A stretch of DNA of 64,000 nt, from contig NC_058372.1 in the NCBI RefSeq assembly GCF_018350175.1, positions 29,326,001 to 29,390,000 of the forward strand, read 5' to 3'. The translations under genes and the position numbers were made by a program. The stretch comes from Felis catus. Its lineage: Eukaryota. Shown in pieces: positions 50,554 through 64,000 of the stretch (position 1 is the first letter of the stretch; each line of letters opens with the position of its first letter). The notes below the pieces were generated by a model that was not told the DNA's origin, ran no database searches, and saw nothing but the letters and a program-made list of their open reading frames with translations.

Positions 50554-52304
50554 TAGCTGGGACAATTCTTACACACATAACAAACAAGGAACATATGATG
50601 GTGTTTCTCAACCAAGGACATGTGGGATGCAAATAGAGGACATCCCCACAACTGGGCTAAAATAGATACACTATTTCTGTATATACAACTGCTTCCTGGG
50701 CCTCTATGTTTCTTTATTTTACACCCATCATTGCTGTCTAAACTCATGTATTACACACTTCTTCCTGACCAACATAAAACACACCTCTACAGAAACACAT
50801 CCCTTTCCCATACCTGCCTTTCACACCTGCCACCATTCTTGTTTTCACACCCAAGCAGTGAGCCCGCACAGCTACCTGCATCCTTATTCCAAGGGAACCT
50901 GCGCGCCACACAACTATTAAAATGAATACATGACTATTGGCATGCGTGCATGGGCCCACATACGTGCTCACACAGATGTAAATTGGGGGTGGGGGAGATA
51001 GTGATGATGGAAGAAACAGGCTTGGTGGGAGAGAGGTGGGGGCACCCAAGGTCAGGAATGCACAACTTGTTTATGATGGAAATTTTCTCTAGGGCATTAG
51101 GCAGGGGAGGGGAAACAAAGCCGGCTGTCAGGATCTTGTTTCACCACTACCTCCCACATCTGGAATCTGGGCCTCCAGCTGGGCCTAGTTATCTTTACTG
51201 TCCTCCCGGTACAGAGAGACCTTTCTTTGTGGCAAGTCTAGAATGGGACAGAGCAGAACGAGACAACCCATACTGCTCGCCATTCCTTCTCAACCAATGT
51301 CATCCCTGTTTCTGCTACCCTCAGAGACACACAGCTCTCCCCACCACCTCCTGACACACAGGAAGCTAGGGAAAGGTTGAGAGTGAATCATTAAGCCAAT
51401 GAAAGGGTGAGGGGGTGAGTGCTGGGGGATGAGTTAAGGCCAGGAAGGGCCAGGGGCTGAGATGGCAGCTGCACCAGTTCTCACTGCCCTAATCCTGGGC
51501 AAACAGGCCGCTGGCCCCTTTCCATTCCAGTGCTCTCACTGCTCCTCATTTCCTCTCCATCTTCCCCAGGATTGCCATGCTCCTTCACTCCCCTCATTTG
51601 ACCCGTGAGCTTGACCTCCTGCCAACCTCTTTCTTAGCCCTTGTGCATTTTCTTACAACACTTGCTACCTTGGGGAATCATTTTATCTATTTGTTTACTT
51701 TTTGTTGTTTGTCTCCCCCACTGGAATATAATCTCCATAAATATACAGGACCACATCCGCCCTTTTCCTCATGATGTCTTGGTGGTGTCTCCAGTACATG
51801 GCCTTTCACCTAGTAGGGGGTTAATAAATATTCTTAAATCCATCTTCTCTGAGGAGCTACCCCTCACCCTCAGAGGTATCTGTTTATCCAGCTGTGTCCC
51901 TTCAAAGGTTCCCCCCCCTCCCCCAATGCTTCCTCTCCAAAGAGGAGACGGGGGATGCTCAACTGTGGCTCAGGGGAATCTGCCATTAAATTGGAAATAA
52001 CTGTGCAGGCGAGGGTTGGCAAAGCCCCGGCCCTCACTCTGTATAAATCCCTGGCATAAGGGTGAGTCGTGCCTGTTGGCCACCTAGAGTATTGCTGCAT
52101 TGCTGACTGAAGGCTAGTATGGGGGACAAAGGTAATGGGAAGGAGACAGATATTTGGAAGTGGGAACTTTTGAAAAAGGGAAACAGGGTTAGAGGGCTGG
52201 AGTCAGGGTACTCAAGGAACAGAAACGGAAAAGCTCAGCAGCACCTGGATGTTTGGTAGATATTCAGTAACTTTGCTGACTTGACTTGGTTTTGCAGTAG
52301 AAAG

Positions 52305-53290
52305 GAGACATGATGTAGCAAAAAGAGCATATTAGAATCTAGTGGTGTTAGAGGAAACTGGGTTTAAACCCCAGCTTTGCTACCTATTAACTGTATGATA
52401 TTGGGCCAGCTACTTAATTTCTCTGAAAAGGTTCCCTCAATTGAAATGTGGGTGCACCTGCACCCCAAAGTTTATAGCAGCACTATCAACAATAGCCAAA
52501 NNNNNNNNNNNNNNNNNNNNNNNNNNNNNNNNNNNNNNNNNNNNNNNNNNNNNNNNNNNNNNNNNNNNNNNNNNNNNNNNNNNNNNNNNNNNNNNNNNNN
52601 NNNNNNNNNNNNNNNNNNNNNNNNNNNNACTAGAGGGTATTATGCTAAGCAAAATTTGTCAGTCAGAGAAAGACAAATATATGACTTCACTCATATCAAG
52701 ACTTTAAGACACAGAACAGATGAGCACAAGGGAAGGGAAGCAAAAATAATATAACAGGGAGGGGGACAAAACATGAGAGACTCTTTTTTTTTTAAATTTT
52801 TTTCAACGTTTATTTATTTTTTGGGGGACAGAGAGAGACAGAACATGAACGGGGGTGGGGCAGAGAGAGAGGGAGACACAGAATCGGAAACAGGCTCCAG
52901 GCTCTGAGCCATCAGCCCAGAGCCTGACGCGGGGCTCGAACTCACGGACCGCGAGATCATGACCTGGCTGAAGTCGGACACTTAACCGACTGTGCCACCC
53001 AGGCGCCCCGGGGACTCTTAAATACAGAGAACAAACAGAGGGTTACTGGAGGGGTTGTGGGAGGGGGGATGGGCTAAATGGGTAAGGGGCACTAAGGAAT
53101 CTACCCCTGAAATCATTGTTGCACTGTATGCTAACTAACTTGGATGTAAATTAGAAAAAGAAAAAAAAAAAAAAAAGAAAGAAAAATGGGCAAATTGGCT
53201 TTCAGGTTACTGTGAGGATTAAGTATATAAGTATACAGCTCCTAGGCACATAGCAGGCGCTTTTTCCCATGATGGCCACTATTATGATTA
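52305..53290. mobile_element. MIR remnant interrupted by LINE-1 (~52455-53185, +), itself interrupted by a young SINE (52783-53009, -)
   Basis: MIR core halves on both sides, L1 3' end with A tail, SINE TSD g(a/g)gactctt. Confidence 0.85.
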
Positions 53291-53411
53291 TATGAAGAGG
53301 GGCTACTTAGGGGGAGATATGGGCAGCAGTGAGCTAATCCAGGAGTAGAAGACCAGGGTGACAAAATAGCCTCAAAATGCTAACGTCATCAGGACATAGA
53401 ATTTCTCTTTT

Positions 53412-56034
53412 GGGGTGCCTGGGTGGCTCAGTCAGTTAAGCGTCTGACTTCGGCTCACGAGTTTGAACCCTGCATCGGGCTCTGTGCTGACAGCTTGGAG
53501 CCTGGAGCCTGCTTCAGATTCTGTCTCCCTCTGTTTCTGCCTCTCCCATGCTCATACTCTGCTTTTCTCTCTCTCTCAAAAATAAATAAACATTTTAAAA
53601 AATTAAAAAGAAAGGAATTTCTCTTTCTCTTTTCGCCCCAACCCCTTCCTTCCCTCTCCATCTCAGGCAGGTTTTGTGGCTTTTTTCTTTTCTTCAGAGA
53701 AGCAGAGACTTCTGCATTCCTAGTTCTTGTTCAGCTAGTTGACTGATTTTAAACACCCTTCCCCTGGCCCCATGCACACACATTCTAGCTGGAACAATTC
53801 TTGCCAGAGGCATGGCAGTAGGGTGAACTGCTGAATTCTTGGCAGCAAGTTAATAAATGACCCTCAAAGATGCCCATTTGGGCCTTAGGAAGGTCAAGAT
53901 CAGGCCCTGACAGTTTTCCCTGATGCAAAAGGAAGGCAAGAGTGCCTGGAGCACCAAGGCAAGGTCACAAGAGAGCATGATATCCCCCGTCCTGGTATAC
54001 AGCCTGGTCCATGCTAGTTCAGTCCAACTCAACCAAAATTTCCTGGAGGCTGCTGAGAATGGGTAGCTGGGAAAGGACCCAATGTGCCTGTTTTTGTGCC
54101 AACACTGGCTTTCTAGGACCCGGTGTTGTAGTTCCTCCCTTTGACCTCACATTTCTTCCTATCAGATAATAACTCCATGAAAGCAGGACTTTATCCATCT
54201 TGTTCACTGCTCTATATTCAGTGCCTAGAACTTTACTTCTCCATCATTACAGGCTGCCTGAAAAAGCTGGACACGTAGGGCCCTTTAACTCAATGTTACA
54301 GAGTTGTTCATGTGGGAAACAGCTTGCATCTCTCTGTAGAGTGCTCCCATGTCAGTATTGGAGAGTATGACTGCAATTTAATTCAAAGCATAATATGGGT
54401 GGTGGGGAAGGGGAAAGTGCAACAAGTAAAGTATTCCCCCCTTTGTCCGACCTTTTCAGACACCCTGTATTTACTGGATGAGTATCTGTAAAGTCAAGTG
54501 TTTAGATTAAAGGCTCTCTGATGTCTCTCCCTCCTCTGCAACCCCATGATTCACAGTGTCTTCCATGGGTTCTCAAAAGTTAAACTAGGCCTCCCTCCTA
54601 TTTTCAACACAGCCACCATAAGCCCTTTTCTTTGAAGGTTGGGAGAGGCCTCTAGGGGTGGGATGAGAGCTCCAGGCTGGCCTGCCTCCAGCTGCCAGCC
54701 GGCCCTCCTCCTGGTATCGCGTGTTAGCACTAGGGCTTGACTGCCTGCCAGGGGGTGAGCCCTGAAGCTGGTTTTCTGGGAAGGGTAGGTGCCTGTGTGA
54801 CTCAGAACCAAGTAGGGGAAAAAACATGTTCACTCAATCTCCGGCACCCTCCTGCCTGGCCTGGCTTTGGCCATGAGCTCATGAAAGAGGAAGCTGGGCC
54901 AGGCAGACAGTAACCCTGCCTTCCCTCAAGTTTTCTCTCCGTGGCCTCACAGATTCCCTGGAGTGTCTGGGCCTCATGTTGCCGTCATCCTGGCTCCAGA
55001 GTGGCCCTGACCCTTTTATGACAGTCTCCCTTCCCAGACGATTGGTCAGTTGTTTCCCCAGGTTGGAAATCCCACCCGGCACAGAAGGGGATTGCTCACA
55101 AGGGGAGGCTGAAAATACTCTGTCCCTTGGGTCTGTTGATTCCACCAGGAACCATGACTTGTTTGGGTTTGCTCCTGTAACCACTGAATCTCTGGAATAG
55201 ACCAAGAGGTTCTAACCCTGAGAGCCTGAATTAAGGAGCTAGGGTTCCCAGTTCAGGAAAGAAACAGAGGGTCTCAAACTACTGTGCAGCTGAGCTACTC
55301 TCAGGGTTGCTTTATACTGAGACTTATCTAATATTTTTGGCATGCAGAATAGTCCACTACCAGAAATGCACTTTTTATTTCAGTGGAAATTATGACAAGG
55401 ATGGGCCGCAAAGAACCTTCCTAACTCTCCTCCCCACTGTCCATCTTCTATGTCTTCCCCAGAGCTTTCTTGTTAAAAGATGGACTTGACTGGGGCGCCT
55501 GGGTGGCTCAGTCGGTTAAGTGTCCGACTTTGGCCCAGGTCATGATCTCACGGTTCGTGAGTTTGAGCCCCGAGTCGGGCTCTGTGCTGACAGCTTGGAG
55601 CCTGGAGCCTGCTTCGGATTCTGTGTCTCCCTCTCTCTCTGCCTCTCCTCAGCTCATGCTCACACTCTGTCTCTGTCAAAAATAAACTTAAAAAAAAAAA
55701 ATTTAAAAAAAAGATGGACTTGACCAAGTCAGTGCTTGCCAAGCAATTCTGTGCCTCCAAACTCTCCAGTAGGTCTGCGCTGGTTTCCAGACCTAAGTCC
55801 GGGCAACTTCGTGGGCTTTCTCTCTCAACTCCCCCAATGCTTTCCTCCTGACCGGAGACACAGCACTATTTTTTTCACATGTGCCAAACTCTTACTCATT
55901 GGACCCTTCACACATGACACATGCAGTTTCCTCTCTTTTTTCCTCTCCATCCTCCTGGGAATACCCTGCCCTTACTCCCACATGCAGAATTAGTCCATCT
56001 ACTTCTTTTTAAAAAAGTATATTTATTTATTTTT

Positions 56035-56099
<65 letters not shown>

Positions 56100-56614
56100 A
56101 CAGGTGGGGGAAGGGCAGAGAAAGAGGGAGACACAGAATCCGAAGCAGGCTCCAGCACAGCAGGCTGTGCTGACAGCTCGGAGCCCCAATGCAGGGCTCA
56201 AACTCACAAACCTGTGAGATCATGACCTGAGCTGAAGTCAGACACTTAACCAACTGAGGCACCCAAGCACCCCTAGTCCATCTACTTTGTACATAAACCT
56301 CTTGAGGCATAAAACACGGTTTACTATAGTCATTTGTTTATTGATCTTTCTGATTGCCTGGACATGCCATTGCCCTTTCTGGTTGCCATGACCAGACACT
56401 GTGATGCAGCCATTTTGATGCCAGGAACATTTTGACAAGGCAAAAAAGGTTATTAAATTGGGGCGTCTGGGTGGCTCAATAGCTTGAACGGCCAACTTCA
56501 GCTCAAGTCATGATCTCGCGGTTTGTGAGTTCGAGCCCCACATAGGGCTCTGTGCTGACATCTCAGAGCCTGGAGCCTGCTTCAAATTCTGTGTCTTTCT
56601 CTCTGCCCCTCCCC

Positions 56615-56656
<42 letters not shown>

Positions 56657-56846
56657 AATAAACATTAAGAAAAGTTTTTAAAAAGTTATTAAATTGTCAG
56701 CACTTAGAGAAAATAAAAAAGAGGGGTGCCTGTGTGACTCAGTCAGTTAAGCATCTGACTCTTGATTTCGGCTCAGGTCATAATCTCACAGTTGTGAATT
56801 GGAGCTTCACAACAGTCTCAGTGCAGAGTTCAGAGCCTGCTTGGGA

Positions 56847-56879
<33 letters not shown>

Positions 56880-58097
56880 CCTCTCTCTCTGCCCCTCCCC
56901 TGCTCGTTCTCTCTCTCTCTCTCTCTCTCTGTCAGAATAAATAAATAAACTTAAAAAAATAAATAAAATCAGAAAGAAATGTACAAACCAGGTTTTCTCA
57001 ACCCATCTCTATGAGTTGTGCTCATCCTGACTCCCACCTTTTCACATAGAAGTTGCTAGTGTTTGATGATATTACCTTTTATAAAAAGTCAGGTATATTG
57101 AAGTATAGCTTACATACAGTAAAATGCACCCTTTTTAGGAGTACAGTTTGATGAGTTTTGACAAACTAATATAGTTGTGCAAATGTCACCCCAACATGAT
57201 ATAGAATATCTCCATTGCCCCAGAAAGTTCCTCATGCTCCCTTATAGTCAATACCTGATCTCCACTCCCAGCCCCTAGCGACTACTGATCTGATTTCCAT
57301 TCATGTAGTTTTGCCTATCCTAAAATGTCATATAAATAAGACTATATGAGACACTCTTTTGTGTCTGGATTATTTTGTTTAGTATAATATCTCTGTGATT
57401 CATCCATGTTCTTGCACAAATCAGTAGGTCTTTCCTTTTGATTTCTGAATAGTATTCCATTGTATAAATATACCACAGTTGGCTACTCATTCACCATTGG
57501 TGGACATTTGTGTTTTTTTCTTCTTTTTGGCTATTATGAATAATGCTGCCATGAACTTTTTATATGACTCTTTTTGTGGACATGTGTTCTTTTATTTTTC
57601 TTGAGTAAGTATCTAGGAGTAGTATAATTAAGTATAGATTTAACTTTATAAGAAATTGCCATGTTGTTTTCCAGAGTGGTTTGCCATTTTATTCTTTGAC
57701 AGGACTATTTTATTTTTATTTTATTTTATTTTTTCAACGTTTATTTATTTTTGGGACAGAGAGAGACAGAGCATGAACGGGGGAGGGGCAGAGAGAGAGG
57801 GAGACACAGAATCGGAAACAGGCTCCAGGCTCGGAGCCATCAGCCCAGAGCCCGACGCGGGGCTGGAACTCACGGACCGCGAGATGGTGACCTGGTTGAA
57901 GTCGGACGCTTAACCGACTGCGCCACCCAGGCGCCCCGTGACAGGACTATTTTAAGGAAGTTGCCTCAAAACATCTCTGTTGCTGGGGCAGCTGACTGGC
58001 TCAGTTGGTAGAGCATGCAACTCTTGACCTCAGGGTGGTGAGTTCAAGCCCTACTTTGGGCTAAGTATAGCTTACTTAAAAACAAAACAAACAAAAA
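53412..58097. mobile_element. Intergenic CAN-SINEs (53412-53610 +, 55492-55712 +, 56005-56274 -, 56460-56685 +, 56723-56970 +, 57706-57937 -, 57985-58097 +) and an old L1M fragment (~57080-57690, -)
   Basis: TSDs gaatttctcttt, aaaagatggacttgac, tagtccatctactt, ttattaaattg, tgacaggactatttt. Confidence 0.88.
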
Positions 58098-59170
58098 ATC
58101 CCCGTCAACCAAATCTGCCAAGTGAAAATGTTTTCATCAGAGAACAGGTTCTCTTTTAGATTACCTCAAGGGACAGGGATGGGATGGAATGCAGCTATGT
58201 CCTTGGTTAGCTATTGATCCTCTAAAGGACTGGCATGTCCTCAGGATGCTGCAGCAATTTCCCTTGGAACTGCAGCAGCTCCAGGAACACACCCTCCTGA
58301 CCTCACCCAACAACCTTGTGGCTCAGTATGCCTGTCTGCCTTGCTTCCCGCTCCCTTGTAGGCACTGTTCTTTCTGACTGCTATACATGAATCAATTCAG
58401 TTAGTCTTCACAAACCCCTATTATTATTATTTATACCCTCATTTTACAGAGGAGGAAAATGAGAGGTTCAATGAGGCAGCTCAATTTCCCAAGACTACAT
58501 TACCATAAAGTAGTAGGAGTTAGACTGGATCTCTGGTCTATCTCATTCTGCAGTCCAGCTGTGTGGCATATTGATCAGAGTGAAGTCCAGAGCTAGTCCA
58601 CTTGGGTTCAATTTCATTGTTCAAATTTATATAGTATTCGTAGTAAGCCTCTGCAAAGAGGGCTTTTATAACATCTATTTTACAAGTGAAGAGATACCAA
58701 GGCTGTTATGCAGCAGTGGAGGGTGGGGGGAGTGCTGGGATTGCCATCCAAGAAGTTTGGTTCCAGAGACAGAGCAACCAACCTCTATGTTTTCCTGTCT
58801 TTCAACAATCCTCATTATTAATGTTATTATTTGGTTCACTTCCCTGGCTTTTAGTGTCTTTGGGGTTTTACACTGCTTTGACATTTGCATCTTTGCTTAG
58901 GTTTCACTTTCAAACTCTGAATGCGTTGTGCACTCACTCCCCAGGACGGAATAACTTTGGTGGGTAGGCCTTTTGGGCATGGGTACCTCTGGCTATATCA
59001 CTGCCCTTTGAGAAATACCTCTAGCTCAGGCAAGAATCCTAATCTAGCAGGCAAAGTCAGGGAGGTAAGTTATTTGCAGAAATAATGCCCAAGAAATCTC
59101 CTCCAGCTCTTTATCTCAAGAGGATAAGGACTTGAGATCATCTGAAGGGATTATTTGCTTCCATAAACAA

Positions 59171-59721
59171 TTTTTTTAAATATAATTTATTGTCAAATTG
59201 GCTTACAAACAATACCCAGTGCTCATCCCAACAAGTGCCCTCCTCAATGCCCATCACCCATTTCCCCCTCTCCCCCACCCCTACCCACACACCCTCATTC
59301 CATTTTCTGTATTTAAGAGTCTCTTGTGGTTTGCCTCCCTCCCTCTCTGTTTGTAACTATTTTTCCCCCTTCCCTTCCCCCATGGACTTCTCTTAAGTTT
59401 CTCAAGATCCACATATGAGTGAAACATATGATATCTGTCCTTCTCTGACTGACTTATTTCACTCAGCATAATGAGTGAACTTCCAGTTCTATCCACGTTG
59501 CTGCAAATGGCATGATTTCATTCTTTCTCATTGACAAGTAGTATTTCATTGTATATATAAACCACATCTTCTTTATCCACTCATTAGTTGTTGGATATTT
59601 AGGCTCTTTCCATAGTTTGGCTATTGTTGAAAGGACTGCCATAAACATTGGGGTACATGTGCCCCTATGCATCAGCACTGCTGTATCCCTTGGGTAAATT
59701 CCTAGTAGTGCTATTGCTGGG
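59171..59721 (-). mobile_element. 5'-truncated LINE-1
   Basis: [14 protein letters not shown]...CTPMF peptide. TSD tccataaacaa. Confidence 0.92.
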
Positions 59722-60594
59722 TCCATAAACAAATTTTGAATTCTTTCAGATGAGAGACAATCATTGAACCCCTTGTCAGGGCTTAATACTGTACCTGGCA
59801 CATATTAGGTACTCAATAGATTTTTACTGATTGGTTGATTGACTGATTGAATGAATGAATAAAGGACCCTGATTCTCTTAGTTTAGCTCTGTGCTGTCCC
59901 ATAGGGTTGCATGTAGCTATTTAAATTTGAATTAAAGAAAATTTAAATGAAGATAATGATGGTTATCATATTGGAAAGCATGGATATAGCACATTTCTAT
60001 CATCACGGAAAGTTCTATTGGACAACACTGGGTTAGATGATGGGGTGAGAGAAGAAAAACTGGTGCCCTATGCATTTTTATTGAAGGCTGATAGCTTTAC
60101 CTTGATTTTGATACTTTTAAAACAGCCTAGATCAGTCTTCTCTCATTAGATTATGTTGCATACTGCCCATTTAGAGGTCTCGGAATCACTTCAGAAATCT
60201 ATTATTGAAAAAGAGAAATATATCTCTGATCACACCCATGACCCAAACTTCTGAGAAAAAGAAGACAGGAGATTGAAGGAGGAACTAAAGCCACAGTTTT
60301 CTTTCTGTCATAGGCCACAGGGAACTAACCCATCCAGGGTGCCTTGTGCCCATTATCTCATCTGGTCCTCTCAACAGCCCTGTAGGACACAGAAGGGCAG
60401 TGAAGGTAAGTGGCTGAAGGTCATGTACTTGTGAAATGGTGGAGGTAAATCCCCATACTCAAAACATCAGTAGATTGAGTAACAACTGTGTTCCAACTAA
60501 GAGCAGTAGAAGACAGAAGGATGGATAAAATATGCTTTAAGAAGCTTATAACCCAACGAAGGGAAAATAAGAGAAACACATAACAACTATATAA

Positions 60595-60686
60595 TTGTAC
60601 ATATATACACGTGTATTTATGTATGTATATTATATACATACATGTATACATTAATATGTATATATTATATGTATGCATATATATAC

Positions 60687-60747
<61 letters not shown>

Positions 60748-60748
60748 T
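60595..60748. repeat. Alternating purine-pyrimidine compound microsatellite ending in (GT)11(AT)7(AC)12
   Basis: Read directly from the sequence. Confidence 0.92.
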
Positions 60749-61167
60749 AATAGCATATAACTAACATTTGTTTGGTGTATTAGAACTTATAAGTACTTTT
60801 CCTCAGCAAACAACTATGATGAATGTCAAATGAATGGAATGTTGATACAGAAAGCAAGCATTCTAGGAATTCAGAGCCGGGTGAGATCACTACAGGATGG
60901 GGTGAGGGGGAAAGTTTTCGTTGAGACACAGAACTAGCAAGAATGCTGGGCAGTCACACAAACCCAAATACAACTTCTTGCTTCTATACTAGAAATCTGC
61001 CATACTCTCCATTGCTTATAGTTTTTAATGAGGTGATTGTAAATTCATTTTACTTTCTAGAAAATAAAATGGTAACTGAGTGCTTAGAGGTCTGTGTTTT
61101 CTCTCTGATCCTCCATCCAAATGATCAACATATTAAAAACAACAACAACAAACCTCCCACACTTTTT

Positions 61168-61864
61168 TTTGAAATTTATTGTCAAATTGGTTTCCATACA
61201 ACACCCAGTGCTCATCCCAAAAGGTGCCCTCCTCAATACCCATCACCCACCCTCCCCTCCTTCCCACCCCCCATCAGCCCTCTGTTCTCAGTTTTTAAGA
61301 GTCTCTTATGCTTTGGCTCTCTCCCACTCTAACCTCTTTTTTTTTTCCTTCCCCTCACCCATGGGTTTCTGTTAAGTTTCTCAGGATCCACATGAGAGTG
61401 AAAACATATGGTATCTGTCTTTCTCTGTATGGCTTATTTCACTTAGCATCACAATCTCCAGTTCCATCCATGTTGCTACAAAGGGCCATATTTCATTCTT
61501 TCTCATTGCCACATAGTACTCCATTGTGTATATAAACCACAATTTCTTTATCCATTCATCAGTTGATGGACATTTAGGCTCTTTCCATAATTTGGCTATT
61601 GCTAAAAGTGCTGCTATAAACATTGGGGTACAAGTGCCCCTATACATCAGCACTCCTGTATCCCTTGGGTAAATTCCTAGCAGTGCTANNNNNNNNNNNN
61701 NNNNNNNNNNNNNNNNNNNNNNNNNNNNNNNNNNNNNNNNNNNNNNNNNNNNNNNNNNNNNNNNNNNNNNNNNNNNNNNNNNNNNNNNNNNNNNNNNNNN
61801 NNNNNNNNNNNNNNNNNNNNNNNNNNNNNNNNNNNNNNNNTTCATTTTGGCCACTCTGACTGGC
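61168..61864 (-). mobile_element. 5'-truncated young LINE-1
   Basis: Closely similar to the 3' half of 40411-41833. Perfect TSD acctcccacacttttt. Confidence 0.95.
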
Positions 61865-62871
61865 ACCTCCCACACTTTTTATGTGATTCTAGAAACATAG
61901 AGTAAGTTGGACATTCTAGATGTAAAAATATTTGAGTTGCTTTTACTTAATTACCCTGTGATGAGCATCCAGTGGTATAGCTCAAACACCTTACTTAACA
62001 CTCAGGGTTATGTAATGTCAATTCTGCCCATCAATTCCTGCGGTGTAGAATACATAAAACTCTAGCCCGGCATTCTGACTGGTCTTGCCTCAGTTCTCCT
62101 TACATAATCATGGCCACTTCCCTGTTGGTAGTGATTTAGAAATGTCTTTCTAAAGCTCTGTGCGCTTTGCCTCAGCTTCCTTTAATTTTTTCTAAAGCTT
62201 CTGTCTTTCTTCCTTTGGATTTCTTTGGTTTCAAGCCACAGATACTCATTATGGCTAACTTAAACAGAAATGTTGAATCCTGGGAGGATATTGGATAGCT
62301 CACAGAATCAAAGGAAGGCTAGAGAACCAGGCTTAAAGAACAGAGAAACAAAGGCAGCTCCAGGGGATTCAGTGGCAAAAATTAAATCTTGCCCTTGCCA
62401 CCTGCTGAAATGAATGAGTGACAATCAGATTTTTCCATCTTTCCCATTCAAATTCATCATTCCAAGCCCCAGAAGAGACAATCTGGTTAGCCTAGTTTAG
62501 GGGCCAGGGGGAGAAAGGAAACTTTACCTGACAGTCATGACGACTACATAGAGCAGAGAGTGTATGCTGGATGATCAAACCCCAGAAAATATCCACCATA
62601 CCCCATTTTCTCTTCCTAACCTCCATTTCCTACTTTTTCTAATTATTCATAATAGGAGTGACCAACATATCTTCCAAGGTTATAGAAAAGATACTTTAAA
62701 AAAAATCCATTTATATTGGAATTTTTCCCAAAAGGTATTAATGGTTGAGGAAGTTTGGCCCTTAACCCTCAGCAGGTGGTAGAAAGAGTAAAAAAGATAA
62801 TGTACGAAAAATGCCTATTACATGCTAACATGTAAGTTTCGGTAAATGTTATTGCCATCCCAGCGCTTCAC

Positions 62872-63090
62872 CAGTGGTGTGTCGGAGCCAGCTCATACAG
62901 CTCACACAAGGATCCAGGATCCAATCATTATATTTTTAGGATTTTTGTGAGCCAATTGACATAATATTAGTGGCTTGAAGTTGACCTTGATGGGAATTTT
63001 TACGCCATGGAAATTGGAATGTTGCAAATGAGGACTTGCCCCCTATCCCACCCCCAACATAGTAATTAATTATTTACCTGTCCACCACTG
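62872..63090 (+). mobile_element. MER63-like hAT DNA transposon
   Basis: Terminal inverted repeats cagtggtg...caccactg. Internal ggagccagctc and ccatggaaattgg. Confidence 0.72.
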
Positions 63091-63302
63091 CATCCACTTC
63101 TTTCTTCACAAAATGTGAGTAGAATCATGAAGGATTGAGTGCCAGTTAGGATTGGATTCAGCTGTGAGTAAAAACAACAACAGTGGTTTACTACCTATAA
63201 GTTAATTCTCTAGATTGAGGTAGGCAGTTCGGGCTTGGCTAGTAGCTCTAATTTGTTGCCTCACACAAACATGGCTTTTACTTCATGATATAAGATGGCT
63301 GC

Positions 63303-64000
63303 TGTAGGGGCCAAGGGCCGGCTGCCCCAGGATAGGCCAGTTTGGCATGAATTTTATTTTGAGTTATAAGCAATCAAAAATGCAGCTTCTCCTAATGGAG
63401 AAGCTCTTCACATCTCCCTCACTGCCTGTTTATACCAGAGGGAGCTCTCTTGTACNNNNNNNNNNNNNNNNNNNNNNNNNNNNNNNNNNNNNNNNNNNNN
63501 NNNNNNNNNNNNNNNNNNNNNNNNNNNNNNNNNNNNNNNNNNNNNNNNNNNNNNNNNNNNNNNNNNNNNNNNNNNNNNNNNNNNCCCCACAGTCAGCATG
63601 CAGAGCCTGACATGGAACTTGAACTCATGAAACCGTGAGATCATGACCTGAGCCAAAATCAAGAGTTGGCCTCTTAGCTGAGTCACCCAGAATCCCCTAA
63701 CAGAGATTCCTCTTTACCTAAGAAACTTATCTGCATAATAGGGAGATCTTTGTTTTTTTTCAAATATTCCTTTCACCTTCATGCTAATGGTCTCTCACCC
63801 CTTTGTATCATCAGACACTACCCCTCTCCCAAGCTCATATAAGCATCATGTTACCTTATTGTCTTTGGAATTTCATGTCTGTGTGGATTCCCTGCATGTA
63901 TGTTACATTTGATTTTTTTCCTGTTAATCTTTCTTATGTCAATTTGATTCTTAGTCCAGCTGGAAAGACTCTGAATGACAGAGGAAATCTCCCTCCCCAA
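63303..64000 (+). mobile_element. ERV1-type solo LTR (MER34-like) with nested CAN-SINE (~63456-63697)
   Basis: Starts TG, with ttattttgagttataagcaatc and cctgttaatctttcttatgtcaattt near the window end. Confidence 0.72.

Overview
Mammalian genomic DNA from a cat-family species, judged from about 35-40 carnivore tRNA-derived CAN-SINEs that include young felid SINEC_Fc-type copies. It is the conserved framework block of the MHC class I region, in this order: PPP1R18 (-, 5' part only), NRM (-), MDC1 (-), TUBB (+), FLOT1 (-), IER3 (-), then about 16 kb of repeat-rich intergenic DNA. I traced exon structures by hand with GT-AG junctions. They give intact frames: NRM 262 aa, MDC1 1919 aa, TUBB 444 aa, FLOT1 427 aa, IER3 156 aa. 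No prokaryotic-type systems, CRISPR arrays or structural RNA genes are supported. The most unusual feature is a ~720-bp non-transposon segment with its own AATAAA and A-rich tail lying antisense inside the MDC1 3' UTR, which looks like a retrocopied mRNA 3' end. Other points of note: a pure (CAG)16 polyQ tract in PPP1R18, altered phospho-docking motifs and a 10-unit PST array in MDC1, a SINE supplying the first poly(A) signal of FLOT1, and an ERV1-type solo LTR just upstream of the IER3 promoter. The N-runs behave like length-preserving masking rather than true gaps. All comparisons with human sequence are from recollection and need checking by alignment.
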